Positions 14,095-14,430 of a stretch of DNA of 14,430 nt are shown here, in pieces. Location of the stretch: positions 1-14,430 of the forward strand of contig JAVBLJ010000067.1 in assembly GCA_031553615.1 (NCBI GenBank), read 5' to 3'. Positions within the stretch are counted from its first letter, which is position 1, and each line of letters opens with the position of its first letter. The position numbers and the translations under genes are program-made. The notes below the pieces were generated by a model. That model was not told the DNA's origin. It saw only the letters and a list, made by a program, of their open reading frames with translations, and made no database searches. This DNA comes from Eubacteriales bacterium (GTDB lineage Bacteria > Bacillota > Clostridia > Christensenellales > Aristaeellaceae).

Positions 14095-14430
14095 ATGGTA
14101 AAGGATCGGTCGTTTTACCGCACGCTGCTCATGCTAGCGCTGCCGGTGGCGCTCAAGGCGCTGATTTCGCGCGGCGTCTCCTTCCTGGATAACATGATGG
14201 TCAGTTCTCTGGGCGAAACCGCATTTGCCTCGGTGGCCTTAGCGAATCAAACAACCAATCTGTTCACCTTTTTCGTGATGGGCGTGGGCGGCGGCGCATC
14301 GGTGCTCATCTCGCAATATTGGGGCAAGCGCGAGCTGGAACCGGTGAAATCCGTGTTCTCCATCGTGTTCAGCATCTCCACCGCGGTCGCCCTGGCCGTG
14401 ACGCTGCTCATAGCCTTTCTGCCCGGGCAA
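14095..14430 (+). CDS. MATE-family multidrug/toxin efflux transporter, N-terminal 112 codons (continues past the window end)
   Basis: ATG 14095 follows GGAGGA. MVKDRSFYRTLLMLALPVALKALISRGVSFLDNMMVSSLGETAFASVALANQTTNLFTFFVMGVGGGASVLISQYWGKRE... is the typical MATE N-terminus (TM1-TM3 pattern). The frame is open to the last base. Confidence 0.88.
   Translation, partial: MVKDRSFYRTLLMLALPVALKALISRGVSFLDNMMVSSLGETAFASVALANQTTNLFTFFVMGVGGGASVLISQYWGKRELEPVKSVFSIVFSISTAVALAVTLLIAFLPGQ

Noticed and set aside
14239-14430. 63-aa minus ORF at the window end
   Set aside because: It is antisense to the MATE transporter N-terminus.

Overview
The window is a high-GC Firmicutes-type (Bacillales-like) chromosomal segment, read from sequence alone. 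On the minus strand at the left end is the conserved macromolecular-synthesis operon: a dGTPase-like HD protein (dgt), DNA primase (dnaG), and the primary sigma factor (sigA), whose 3' end runs off the window. An AT-rich divergent promoter region follows. Next comes a plus-strand block that looks like an accessory insertion between this operon and a tRNA-Trp gene. The block contains a 351-aa protein of unknown function and two overlapping WYL-domain regulator genes, which I read as a PafB/PafC-like pair, followed by a strong intrinsic terminator. After a promoter lies a roughly 430-nt GC-rich leader, unusual for a Firmicute, that contains a tRNA-like fold (T-arm, acceptor-like hairpin, D-arm-like and anticodon-like arms) in circularly permuted order. 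Downstream are a TM-less SPFH/Band-7 (slipin-type) protein, the RNA ligase RtcB, and a 325-aa acidic protein of unknown function. This matches the predicted but poorly characterised SPFH/Band-7 plus tRNA-like ncRNA plus RtcB RNA-repair module, here with a WYL regulator pair next to it. The right end carries a PadR-family regulator behind a textbook sigma-A promoter with an ATGT-N8-ACAT operator palindrome, and it is translationally coupled (ATGA) to an alpha/beta hydrolase. After that come a bidirectional terminator, tRNA-Trp(CCA) on the minus strand with a consensus promoter, and the 5' part of a MATE efflux gene. Many long ORFs in the provided track are antisense shadows of real genes, as expected in GC-rich DNA. 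I found no CRISPR array, rRNA or mobile-element gene.
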